64,000 nucleotides of DNA from Lama guanicoe (lineage: Eukaryota). The stretch is taken from the NCBI GenBank assembly GCA_013239625.1, contig MU054391.1, positions 558,001 to 622,000 of the forward strand, in the 5' to 3' direction. The notes beneath the pieces are model-generated. The model was not told the DNA's origin. It saw nothing but the letters and a program-made list of their open reading frames with translations, and did no database searches. Both the position numbers and the translations under genes were made by a program. Positions 50,442 to 64,000 of this stretch are shown piece after piece. The first letter of the stretch is position 1; each line of letters starts with the position of its first letter.

Positions 50442-51205
50442 TCAGGTGGGGACCAGCACCATTCCGTCCCTCATCCCTCCCGGCCAAGCCCAGGATTCTT
50501 GCAGCCAAGCGCCCAGGTGCCAGCAGGAGGGCTGGGCAGGCCTGACACACCAGCACCTGCTCCTTGTTCCAAGCTCTCCTGGGCCTGGCCCCAGGGCCCC
50601 AGAGAGCTCCACACTGTAACTGAATCACAGCTATAAACCAGAAATGCATGCAACATGGTAAATCAGCCACACTTCAACTTAAACAACAGCAGAAATAAAG
50701 AGCTGGCGGTGAAACTGCCCAGGTGAGGGAGGGGCCCCCAGGGACACCAGAGCGGGTGGCTTCCCCAAGGAAAGAGCTCTGCTGGGAGGGACCTCGGGGG
50801 AGTTAGATGCCCAGCAGCCCCACTTGCCCGGACGGAACAGCGACACCAGGCACCTGCTCTGTTCACAGTCGCCCTCTGGAGTCTCACAGCCGCTCGATCC
50901 TGAGCAGTAGAGGAGCCAGCAAGCAAGCAAGAGACCTCCTCCAGACCCCACCTGGGCACTGCGCCCCAAGGCCTGGCAGAGGCTTGGGCAGCCTAGGCCA
51001 GGGACAGAGGAGGGGGCCGTCACCCCTGCCACCAGCACAGCACCTGCTGGAGCTCCAGAAACAGCTTTCCAACAGCTGCAACCTGCATCCCACGGCATCG
51101 CACGGACCCTCCTCTGTCCATGACCCGACGGTCAGCCTGAGGGCCAGGACAGCACACGGCCCCCTGTGCTGAGCTCACCTCATGTCACCAATGGGCCTCC
51201 CATCA

Positions 51206-51598
<393 letters not shown>

Positions 51599-51962
51599 TC
51601 ATTGCTGTTAAAAATCTCTGTGGCCGCATTTCTGCAGACGTGCGACACGGTGTCTTCCTTACCACAAGTGGGCGGCAACAGAACAAACGGACAAAACCAA
51701 AAAACACTAAAAACAAGTGACTAATGACAGCAGAAGAAACATCCTTATTCTATTTCAATTCAGAGGCAGAAAAAGCACTTTGGAATCGCCAACGTGAAAC
51801 ATGCACTAACAGCTTATGAAGTATCTTGTTTGGGCCAAGCTAGTGGTGAGCCAGAAGAATGAGTCAACATTTTTTAAAATGTCATATTTGTGAATCACCA
51901 TCCAGCCTCTACTGGGAAAGTACCTATCCTTCTGTTATCTTGACCCCAGAAAGTCATTGCTA

Positions 51963-52220
<258 letters not shown>

Positions 52221-54421
52221 TTACCAGAAAAACCACACACAAATGAGCCCGAAAGCCGTGTCTAGACACCACATCACTCAGACACAGGCAGACTTCCCTC
52301 CAAAGGTTACTCCTAACTTTCACACCAAACTTAAATTGCTGACTGCATCACAAATCCCACAGAAGACGTTTTCAAACGGTATGAAAGTGACAGGCATTTT
52401 TGACTATTACAGTCATGTGATGATAAAAGCAAAGAGCAGCCATAACATGAAACAGTGAGGACCTTCCACCGGAGCATCCCTAACGCAGGCGCTGCCTGTG
52501 CCGTGCTGGGTGGAGAGTGTGACGGCTGAACGCCGGTGGGTTCTGTGTGTTTCCCATCAGAGTCGAACCTCCCCTGGACGCCCGGATCTCAACTTGCTCA
52601 CCCTCCAAGACGCTGCTCCCCCAACACCCTGTCCTCAGGGACGATCAGACATCACACCTAGAGTGCGCGCGAGCGCACACACGTGACACGACCACATACG
52701 CACACGTGCACACGCACGTGACCGTACACATTGCACACGTGTCCTCACACAAGGCACACACGGCTAAGCCTGCTTCCCTCTTTTCATTTCTTCTTCACTT
52801 AATATTGACATTTTTCTAGCTTTAGAGTTTGCTAAATAAGGTAAGTTTGCTCCAATCAATCTCTGACCTTTGTCTTTTGAAAAGCCTCATGCCAGGTCCC
52901 CAGTAACATGCATTTTAATAAACCCAATGGTATTTTTTTCTCTCAAAATGCTCAACCTTTCTACAGAAAATACCTTTACTGAATGGTTGCCTTCACTGGT
53001 CCCAGGAGACCCTCCCTCCTGCCTGGAAGGTACTGCCTCCCGACTCTGATCTCAGACAGAGCCTGAATTTACTAAGTTTTAGAACCTAATATTTTTATGC
53101 CAAGTGTTAGACCAATGAAGACAATCTTACATAATTTTATCACCCTAGTATTTCATTACTACCAACAATTTAAATTGAATTTGTTTTTCTCCAAGCACAG
53201 AATAATAATTCAAAAACACTTCCCTGTGCGCCTTTAAAAAAAAGGTGAAGGAAATTCACTCAAATGTTCAGGTGGTTCTTTCTTGGGAGTAGGGTTATGG
53301 GTGGGAAATTATATTTAAATTTCCTATATAACTAAGTCATGTTAAAGTAACATTATTTTCAAGTATAAAAATAAACATTAATTGGAAAAAACACTGTTTT
53401 TAAGTCAAAGGATTCACTGATTTAAGCTGTATTCACTTCACACTCTAATATAATGGGAAAATTACGTCACTTAAAATTTTTTCTTAAAAAAAAGCCTCGA
53501 AGGGCTTCATTTTTCCTTTACTGTTGTCGCCTGCGGGTGCCCACAGGTCAAGGTGCCCACACGTGGGTTGGGGTGGGGGTTGGCGTATAAACTAGTCGCA
53601 CAGCGTCCTGTCCGGGCACTTGCTGCCTGAGGAGAAGGCAGATTGGGTGTGTTCAAGTGGAGAAGGCAGAGTGTCGGTGCTCCGGAGTCCCTGGAGCGGG
53701 CAAGAGCTGGGGTGTGGGTGTGGGGCTCCCCCTGGGGGCCAGCTTCCTGTGCCGAGGGGCACGCCTGACCGTGGGGCACAAAGGGCCGGAGACAGAATGC
53801 AGGCTGGGGGCGGGGCAGGAGGCTCTGCGAGGCCGATGGCCCTGGAACACTTGGGGCGGCATCAGGGATTTCTGTTCTAGGAAGGTGGAGGTGACCATGG
53901 ACAGACCAGACGGTGGGCCCGGCTGGACGCTCTGGCTGAGCGATGCGGGCCTGGTGGACAGCTGGCATCTGCTTGGCTCTAGGGCACCGACCAGACCCAG
54001 GGAAGGGAGGGGTCCATGGTGATTGGGGTGTTTATACTGAGGACTAAGCACACCCAGGACTGCACAAGGCCACACACCCAGAGCAGAGAGAAAGCAGGGT
54101 GAAGGGCCGAGCCTCCTTCATCACAGTAACTGCATCTGTGGTTCTGCAAAATGGTGACTGCTGATTGCCTGTTGTGGATCTAAAGCACTCTGGATGACCG
54201 CTAAACCAACCGTGAAACGCAGGTCGAGGACAGCTGCTCCCAGTGCCCGAGCACAGTGGCTGCAGAGCCCAGAGCAGTGGACGAAGGGCAGCCCCGCCCC
54301 CCCCCCCGCAGGTCTAGGACAACCTCGAACTCCTAACCCGCTGGCCCCGGGGGCCCACACTCTACTCTGCAGCCCGCAGCCCGCAGCCCGCACCCCGTGG
54401 GCGGCCTGGGCCCGGTCTCAC

Positions 54422-54578
54422 CGTTCACGCTCAGCACCACGCTGACAGAGGCCTGCCCAATCGCGTTCCGGGCCACACACTCGTAGCGGCCAGAGTCTGC
54501 AGGCCCCACGTCGTGGATGGTCAGGAATCCCTCGGGGCTGATGTGAAACTTCCCACTTTCCGTCACCTGAACCCCATC
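54422..54578 (-). CDS. PXDN: PXDN exon 14 (Ig4)
   Basis: 157 bp; [37 protein letters not shown]. Confidence 0.96.
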
Positions 54579-55301
54579 CTGGAGCAAAATAAAAGGCAGT
54601 TAGAGTGGAGATGAGACTAAGGGGCAAAGGCGCTGGCCCGGGAGTGGGGCCCCGTTTATCAGGACCTCACGATGGACACTCGCAGCAGCTGGGCTCAGAC
54701 CCACCCGACGCCAGAAAGGATTTTTACCTGTTTGCACCCAGAAAAGATTAAGACACTGACCCTGCTCTGTGGGAGTTTATAGGGTCTTCCCCGGGGAGGG
54801 GGCACAAAAGGCACATGCAAGGGATGAGGAAGGCAGAAAGCTGGGGCGCCCGTGGGGGAGAGGCCAGGACGCCTGGGACACAGAGGGTGAGGCAGATGAC
54901 GCCCCAGCCCGAGGGAGGAGGCCAGAGAGGCCAGGCCGACGGCTTCCTTCCCAGGAACCTCTGTGCTCCTGGACGTTTCATGTCAAAGCTCTTGTCTGTG
55001 ATTAAACGCTTACCCGTTTCTCCACTGGGCTTCATAAAAACAACACAGAGACATGAAACAAAAAATCTTCTCTGGTGATTACAGGGCCGAGGATCTAATA
55101 AGAGGGTTTTCATTGCTTTTGTCGCCAAGAAAGACGTGGAAAGGAGAATGTTCTGGGTTTGCTTTGTTTTCCTTTTATGAGTAAGGACACCACAAAATCG
55201 TTTCCCTCCTGCTGACAACTCGGATGCTCTTCCACTACAGGAGGTCTGGGGAAGCAGCCGGGGCGCAGCTGACCCACCAGCCACATGCCCGCGGCCGTTA
55301 C

Positions 55302-55875
<574 letters not shown>

Positions 55876-56468
55876 TCAGGGGTAAAGAGCTCAGGGTCCT
55901 GTCCCTGGACACTCCGTGAAGGGGGTGAGTGCTAAGGAGGCAGGAACCCGGACGGCAGGGGGCTCAGGCAGCGTCAGCACACGCTCAGGGGACCTGGGAC
56001 AGGCTGGTCCCACATTGGGCGGAGAGGGGCAGAGGGCTGGGGGGGCACTATTTACAGACAAGTGGCACCCCCAGCAAGGATGACCTCTCCTCTGAAAACA
56101 GGGAGTTCCTGAGTTTGGAGCTCGTCCAGAGGGCTATGAGGATTCCTGGAAGGGCCCCTTGGTGGAGGAAGGGACAGGGCTGCCCTCTGGTCTGGGGCTG
56201 GAGTCGCCGTTCCGTTCTGGGACAGACCCTGAGGGTCCACGAGCATCAGCATCGGCCTCTCCCCAACTTCCCCGGCCAGGCTACTGTCAGTCCCCAGGGA
56301 ACACGGTCTGAACCTTCATCAAATTATGAGCCCAGCGGTTTGGCAGCTGGAGAAAAGGGGCGGGGGCCACACCCAGGGAATTAATGTGATCAAGTCACAG
56401 CACCTTCTGGAGAAACAGCAAGAGAATGCTGGGAATTCAAGTGAGAGTGAAAGTTAAGAGAGAAAAAA

Positions 56469-56514
56469 ATATATAAATATATTATATATATATATATATA
56501 ATATATTTATATAT
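56469..56514. repeat. Imperfect (AT)n microsatellite
   Basis: atatataaatatattatatatatatatatataatatatttatatat. Confidence 0.9.
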
Positions 56515-56784
56515 TCTGCTACCAGTCCAGAAGTTTCTCTCCTGCACTTGATTAAATCTCATTCAGGGTTCTAGGAAGTGCACCCTGAAGGCAGGACAGA
56601 CGACTTGGGAGGAGACGGGCCTGGCACCCCCCACCCCTCAGGAAGGACAGACCCTCAGTGTCCCGTGGGTGGTGGCGCCAGGATGGGACAGGGAGGCTCC
56701 CACCAGGTTCAGCCATCGACAGCCTGGCCTCAGGGTCTGCATCCTGAGGGAGGGGAGCGGGGGCTGTTCTGGTCACTGTCTCAC

Positions 56785-56901
56785 CTCCTTTCGTCCAGGC
56801 GATGACTGGCTGAGGGTAGCCCTTGGCCTCACAGTGGAAGTCAACTGTCTGACCCTCGGTGACAGCTCGGTCCTGAGGCGTCACGGTGAACTGAGGAAGA
56901 G
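56785..56901 (-). CDS. PXDN: PXDN exon 11 (Ig3)
   Basis: 117 bp, AAG acceptor; [35 protein letters not shown]. Confidence 0.95.
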
Positions 56902-57970
56902 CTTCCGGGAGGAAAGACATTGGGAAGGGGGTGTTTAGACAATAGCTTTGGGTGAAAATGCTACCCTCCTTAGCTGGCGGGAGGCACACTGCTCTCAGAG
57001 AGGAAGAGGATGGTCCCCCAGGTCCCTGACGGGGGCGAAGTGTCCGAGCAGGAAGGGTGAGGCAGGAGAAGAGGGAATGCAGGGTGCTTCTCGGCCGCAC
57101 ACGGAGACCCTGCAGGAGGCCTGCCCTGCAACGCCGGGGCCACAGCGCAGCGAACACGGACAGCCACCTACATCGGTTTGTGGAGGGGCCTGACTTAAAG
57201 GGATTCATCCGACTCTTCAGCCGAACTTAGTATTTGCAAATGGTTAGAAATGTCACCTAGTGAATAGTGACAGCGTTACTTGATGATTATTAGGTGAAAA
57301 ATAAATTGCAGATTAACACAGCCAGTACAACTCCATTTTGATAAGAGCTACAACCACAGCCAAAATAGGCCAAAACCAAAGGACATGATCATCCATGCAA
57401 AGGAGGAGCTGGAGGGCGAAGTAAGGACAGGTTGTGAGTGGCGTGGCTGCCGGTGGAGGCAGCAGGAGCTGGTGGGGCGAGAGGCGGAGGGACAGAACGG
57501 ATTGCTCTGCTTCTTGCACTTCTGTGTTGTCTTAGCGCTTCCCAACCGATGACCCGCTCCACAATTTATTTAAAAACTAACAGACTCATTATAAAGTCAA
57601 GAAACTTGGCAATACACAGCATAAGTAAGTCTTAAAACCACACGTACTCTCAGCAGCCAATGTCCAAAAACCGATCCTCGGGAAACTCCACGAGGAGTGC
57701 AAGACTGACTAATTCTTACACACATGAAGGCCGTGTGCACATCCACATTCACATCGGGAACACAGCCAAAAACAACTCCCCAACCTCCTCAAGCCTCCAT
57801 TTGGAAACTAAATTTAAAGCCGAGTCGCGCAGAGAAGGTCAGATGTGATGGACAAGATCAAGGGGTCCCAGGAGGGGGACCAGGATGGAGCCCTGGGGGG
57901 GCTGCTGGGGCGCCCGGGGCGTGCGGCGGGCGCGTGGGGAGGGAGGGTCTCTGCATGGCCGGCTCCTCAC

Positions 57971-58243
57971 CCTGGACGATGATGAAGGCGGTGGCGTGGA
58001 TGCTGTCCACCGTGTTGGATGCGAAGCAGGTGTATTCCCCGCTGTCCTCCTGCTCCACCTTCTGGATGTAGAGGCCGCCAGATGGGGTGACACTCACCCG
58101 GGGGTCCGCGGGCACGGGCGTCCGGTCGCCCCTCGTCCAGGTGATCCGCGGCGGAGGGTGGCCCGTGGCGCTGCACTCCAGGGTGACGCTCTCCCCGACC
58201 AACACCTCCGTGTTCTGGGGCTGGATTACAAAAGTGGGGCGGG
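57971..58243 (-). CDS. PXDN: PXDN exon 10 (Ig2)
   Basis: 273 bp; [27 protein letters not shown]...DSGEYTC...AFIIVQ. Confidence 0.96.
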
Positions 58244-58659
58244 CTGTCACAAGGAAACACAGATTCTCAGTTAACACCCTCCGGGTTAGCAAACGGCTTC
58301 TGCTTAGGTTTTTCTGTTTTCATGCTGCGCCCCTACCCAGGGACCTCTAACGTAAGTAACACAAACGCAATTCAGCTGCACACTTTGTCTGCTTTCCTTT
58401 TTAAAGAAACATGCAGACAATAAATATGGGCCACTGCCTGGGGTCAACTGACCATCAGCAGCTCCGACTGACCGGCCAGAGCCGGTTTCTTCTTTAAAAG
58501 TGGACTGAGCTCTGTGGAGAAGTCACACTTCTGTTTATTCTGCTTGCATTCTGTCAGTTTCATAATAAACCATGCAGCTAGCTGTTACTGTTATAAAACA
58601 TTGTTTTTGAAGGGTATTTAGAACATATAGAAATAACAAATTTCCCTATAGAAAAAAAT

Positions 58660-59550
58660 GCAAATTAATATTATACTGAGAAAATATTTTTCAACTCTAA
58701 ATCCAGAGGGAAAAAAACCCCATACACTTATTATCGGGCTTGTGAGCTGAGTTTGTACAGAAACAGAACTTTCACACATCACACATCGGCAGCACAAAGT
58801 GCCACGGTCCACCTGGACAGTAACGGGGACACACAGGTTAAACTAAAAATTCATTCTCCCTTTTACTCAGAAATTACTCTACTAGGAATTTACCCTACGC
58901 ATAATTTTACAAGATTGTACAACAATATAAGTACCAAAGAGGGGCTTTTTTTTTATTACTGCATTTTTAACTCAGGCTGACATCCTTATCCACAATTTTC
59001 CAACTCAAGAAGCTCCAAAAATAAAGTATTTTTTCATAACTTCTTTGTTCAGTACCTTGACGTCCCTAGCGTACGACTACCCAGTCTTCACTTACCCACT
59101 TGCTGTGAGCGTCCACACAGTTTGCTGTAGTTTATGTACTGATTACTGGGTGTCACCCAAGGTTCTGTGACAGCACAAGTCAGTAAACAGATTATGCTCT
59201 GTGTGCACTTCTAAAAAAAATCCCCAAATTCCTGAATGTCAAACAACATCTGGCCCAAGGGGTTTTGTATAAAGAGGTTCGGACCTGTGGCAGCAAAAGA
59301 TCTGGAAAAGACTTAATGTACTGCAAAGGGAAGTAGCTAAACAGGTGTGTCACCCAGGTAATGACGCTGTGCAGCCGATCATTAAAAAGAAAAGGGTAAG
59401 AAAGCCCTTCGAGAGCTGACATGAGCTGCCTCTTCCCTTGCAGGCACTGACAGTATTTTCCAGAAGGATGAGTAATTTGAGGAGGTAGGAGGGAGTGGGA
59501 ATTCCGTGGACGAGGCGAGGAGTCAGGAAAGAGACGTCTTTACATCTTTG
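58660..59550 (+). mobile_element. Old L1 (L1ME-like) 3' relic interrupted by a DNA transposon
   Basis: cagaaattactctactaggaatttaccct before, and gcagcaaaagatctggaaa...gcagccgatcattaaaaaga after, the insertion. Confidence 0.55.
58973..59287. mobile_element. MER46C-like TcMar-Tigger MITE
   Basis: Degenerate TIRs caggctgacatccttatcc ... gtataaagaggttcggacctg; internal catctggcccaagggg. Confidence 0.6.
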
Positions 59551-60099
59551 CCTATTTGTTAATGCTTAAGCCCCATCGTCACATGCCGAAGTAACGGGAG
59601 ATCGCAGAAAATGCAGAAATGACATTTAGAATCAGCACCTGTGAGAAAGGCAAGCTAGAGACTGGAGAGCTGCCCACAGGGACAAGAACACCAAAGTCAA
59701 AGCCCGTCTTGAAGGCACCCCCAGGCCCTGCGATCGTAAACGTGGTGTCTAAAAGCCTCAGGAGACGGAAAAGTGAGGGCTTTCCAAGATGAGTCAGACA
59801 GAAAACTCCAGGACGGTCCGTCCCCAGCGCATCCGCCATCAGCATGAGAAAGAGCTGGAGAGAAAGTCAGTGCTTCCCCCCCTACCCCACCCCGGGGACT
59901 GGGCTGGGCAGACGGAAAAATAAACATCGTATTAAGCTTTATCAGCCAAAGTGCATCCTCACGTAGGTCTGCTGTCTATTCACCCCACGTCAGGCAGAAG
60001 GGAGGTGACCCCAGGAGAAGAGCTGAGACGCAGGAAGAGATGAGCAGACCTGGAAGTGACAGCATGTAAGCACAGACAGATGAACATCAGCACAAAATA

Positions 60100-60700
60100 A
60101 TGTTCTTTTATATGTTAAAAAACAGAACTCAGCCTATAAACTAAGGTAAGTGACTGTGCTTGAGACAAATGCAGAGACAGTAACTGCAGACTTCGATGAT
60201 GTAAGAATGCTCTTGAAATTCCCTAGGACAGCCGCTTAAAAAAAAGAAATAGGGTCTCTAACTTCCAAACTAGAAGTAGAAAATAAAAGGTGAAAAGAAG
60301 TGTTTCAAAATAAGGCAAAAAACACAGAAAAGGTTGGATAATTAGTCCAAAATAAGAGGGAGAATTTATACATCTAAATATATTGCTGACTATAATAAAT
60401 ATAAATGGGCTTATTTTAAAAGTCAGTCTGATTGTTTTTAAGAATCTAGGTCTATGCTATTTATAACATTCCAAATCTTTTAACATAGAAAGGTTCAGAG
60501 CAAAATGGTGGAAAAGGTACATCTGACAAACATTAATCAAAAGAAAGCTGGTTGCCTCTGTATTAAACCAAATCACTCTGAAGGCAGAAGGCGCTAATAG
60601 AGGTGGAAGTATCAATGATCAAAAGTTTAATCTGCCAGGAAGGTAAGAATTGCAAACTTACAGGCCCCAAATAACACGGCTTCAGAAAAGATAAACTGCA
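60100..60700 (+). mobile_element. Ancient L1 ORF2 endonuclease-region relic
   Basis: taaatataaatgggct, tatgctatttata, aatggtggaaaag, aatcaaaagaaagctgg, tctgccaggaag motifs. Confidence 0.65.
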
Positions 60701-60757
60701 TCTAGCCCCCTGTAACTCACGGAGACCCACACTGAGTCGTGGTCATTACAGGAATTG

Positions 60758-61005
60758 CGGGGATGGCAAACTTCTCCCGTGAAGGACCACAGAGCATTTA
60801 TTTTGTGCTTTAAGGTCGTAATCTTTGAGTGTGATCATGGTCCAATAAAACTTACTTAACAGACACTGAGGTTTGAACTTCATATAATTACCAAGTATCC
60901 TAAAATACCACTCTGAAGCTTTTCCATCAACGTAAAAGTGTGAAACACATTCTTAGCTCAAAGGTCTTCGAAAAACAGGCAGTGGGCCAGGTTTGGCAGC
61001 CCCTG
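60758..61005. mobile_element. MER58B-like hAT-Charlie MITE
   Basis: cggggatggcaaac ... ccaataaaactt ... cattcttagctc ... aaaaacaggcagtgggcc ... cccctg. Confidence 0.75.
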
Positions 61006-62372
61006 GTGCAGGCTGAGGGGCTGCCCCTCGCTCTGAAGTGACCCTCCCTTCAGGACCTGGGAGACCCTCCAGGTGCATTTTCAGGGAGAATTGCGACATG
61101 CTCGCCTAGCACACTAAAGAAGCCTCTTGCTCCTGAGAGAGAAACAAAAAGTCAGATCAAAAGCGTCAGATTTGGAACTCTCAGGCTGTAAGACTTTGGT
61201 ATTCCTGTTTAGGAATTCATTTAACCTGCTAACACGGCAGCTCTGCTAAGGAAATGCACTCTTCACGCTCTCCTGTCCCGTGTGTCCTGTGACACACACC
61301 TCCGCGCTGCACACTCTGGACAGTGTTCTGTGGGTTTCCTTGTTCCTTGCAAACAAAGCAGAGCTCCGTTGGGACCAGAAGCCGTGTCCTGTCTGTGGCA
61401 GGTTCACAGCAATGTCACTTTACAAAGATGCTGGACGCCTTGCTCCCCTCGGGGACACTGGGATTAAAGGGCTTTGCCTCGGCTGTGGTATAAGACCCGT
61501 GGTCTTCTCTGAGCTGAAATCTGACAGCCAGGAATGCTCGCTCGCTGGTAAGCACAGACTGTGTGCAGGCTGAGCTGTATCAAGTGACACAAAGATCTTG
61601 TACTAAAAACCTAAACACAGAAATGCACAAACCTTCCACTGCCATCGAGGGGGCTGTAATGCCCTGAACTGCAAAGCGCGAGGGACACAGAGCCCGGCCC
61701 CCAGCAGGAGGACGACGCCACTGACCCACGAGGGGCCAGAGCCGCTGGGCTGCTTCTGGCACCGCGGGGCGCGTGGCCCTCCCCACTGGACCCTTCTCCA
61801 AGGCCCTGCTCCTCTTCTGACCAAAGCCCGCAGAGTCAACACTTTGACAAGGGCAGGGTTTGTAACCTGGCGGGACTCAGGCCAGTGCGAGGCTGCAGCT
61901 GTGTTTCCTTTGGCTTGAAGTCTTTTCAGACCAGGTGCCAATATTTTAGATGTGGGAATTTTGCATAAAATTCTAAATTTTTGCCTTCTTTTAAAATAAC
62001 CAAAGCCCTGAGCACGAAAAAGTCTCCACTGCCAAAGAGCAACAAGTGACAGGTCCCTTCAGGCCAGCGAGTGGGAGGTGCCGGGGCCAGGGCACACGTC
62101 TCTCCAGGTGTGAGAGAGACTCCACCTGGACTGTGCACAGCATGGCCGGCCTCCACTGTCCACTCTGAGAGACCGTCCTGGAGTGGGGGCTGACCGTGAG
62201 CCAGAGCAATGGCCGGAAGTCGCGGACAACTCCGCCGGCCCTGCGGCAGAGGCGTCGGGCGGAGCCCGTGGTGTTCATTTGCCTCTCATCAGTGGGAGCG
62301 GGGACCGAGGGGGCGGGCAGGGCAAGGATGGTCTCGGGAGGACCCCCAAGCAGCTGGCTGGCGAACACTCTA

Positions 62373-62681
<309 letters not shown>

Positions 62682-64000
62682 TCACTTTCCCGGAAGCTTT
62701 CCTTCCAAACAGCCCGAATCAGCCAGCATTTTTGGGAAAAGTGTCCAGGTATTTACATCTGTAGTTAACTCATATTTTTACTCTTATCATGTACACGTTC
62801 AATCTATAAATGTTTTAAGGTGGTCCTCTTTCCAAAGGGAAAAAATGATGTAATGGGAAAAATTCGCAGGAAATCCTTTCCCTTGTTTCTGGTAAACTCA
62901 TTAAAGATAATGAGGTAGAAACACTTCAGTTACTGAAAGCAGATTACAAACGCCGACAGAACAAATCAGCCGCTGTCCCAGAGCTTTCCGAGGACGAGGC
63001 TCAGAGTCCCAGGTGCCTCAGGGAAAGACCCTGGCATGTGAGACGCTGTGGGCTTCCCAGCCACCTTCCTCCTGCTCCTCTCCTGTGCCAGCCCGGTGAC
63101 CCCTGCCCAGGGATGTCCAGATGGAAGCAACCATCGTCTCAGGTCCCATGGGTGAGACTCGCCGACGGGTCTCCCATAGACACTGCGAGGCCACAGAGGT
63201 GGGGCTGCCGGCAGAGGAGGCGGACACAGCCCCGCACCAGACGTCAGGCCTGGGCTCTGGGTCTCACTGCAGTGACGGGCTCTGCAATCTGATGCTAAAA
63301 GTGTCAGTGTGTTCGTCATAAATGCAGGTGGGAAGGGCCTGAGCAGATTTCACGCTTCTCTGCCTTGTAAGTGCACACGCCCTGAAGGAATCCCTCCAGC
63401 GTCCGCTCTGGACTGTGGGTCTCGCCCCTCAGAGCTGTCCCAGAGCCCGAGCTCCTAAGACTGAGGACAGCATCTCCAGTCTTCTGCACCCAGCCCTGGC
63501 CCCAGCCTGACGTCACCCTGGTCATGACAGCAAATCCAGGCCCAGGGCCAGCCCCACGTCCCGGCGAGCAGGACCGCGTCTCGGCAGACCCCCCGCCAGG
63601 CCCGCTGTCCACCTGCCCGTCTGCTCTGCAAACACTGCTGGACCCGGGAGCCGGGCCGCACCTCCGCTGGGAGCCTCGCCCAGGCCCGGAGGGGCGGTGG
63701 CTCAGCGGGCCTCAGGCTCCCATCTCCTCACTCCACCGAGACTGAGCACGGCTGGGGCCGTGTGGAAACCCTGAACCCACAGGCAGGGCCCTGTAGCAAG
63801 CAAGTGGTGCCGGTTCCCAAGCAAATAAACAGGGGCAATGATTACGCGGTCTCAGGCTGAGGCTTCTCCAGGACTCAGTTCAAAGCGTGCGGCCAGCAGG
63901 ACCATCTTCTCACTCAGACGACCGTCGGAGTCTGACCCCATCCCCGGCCGCCCCCACCCCAACCAAAATGACTGTGGACGGAAGGGAGACCGTTGTTGCA

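Overview
GC-rich mammalian genomic DNA, probably cetartiodactyl (tentative), holding the 3' halves of two convergent heme-peroxidase paralogues. On +: thyroid peroxidase TPO exons 9-16 plus a probable terminal exon (25-~16505). On -: peroxidasin PXDN exons 9-23 with 3'UTR (62547 down to ~38350). The coding exons were placed from GT-AG boundaries and frame continuity. Exon numbering and human comparisons come from my recollection of the human genes, not from a search. The ~22 kb intergenic region has a CpG island with divergent CTCF-like motifs, an indel-free 20-bp minisatellite, a 36-bp inverted repeat pair and old L1 relics. The most notable observations are a rewired TPO C-terminus (in-frame TAG one codon before the exon 16 donor, an in-frame internal donor that bypasses it, and two candidate downstream acceptors) and an antisense solo LTR with intact promoter motifs in TPO intron 13. 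I found no convincing evidence for a wholly new gene or system. Almost all entries in the ORF track are GC-rich chance ORFs or fragments of these exons.
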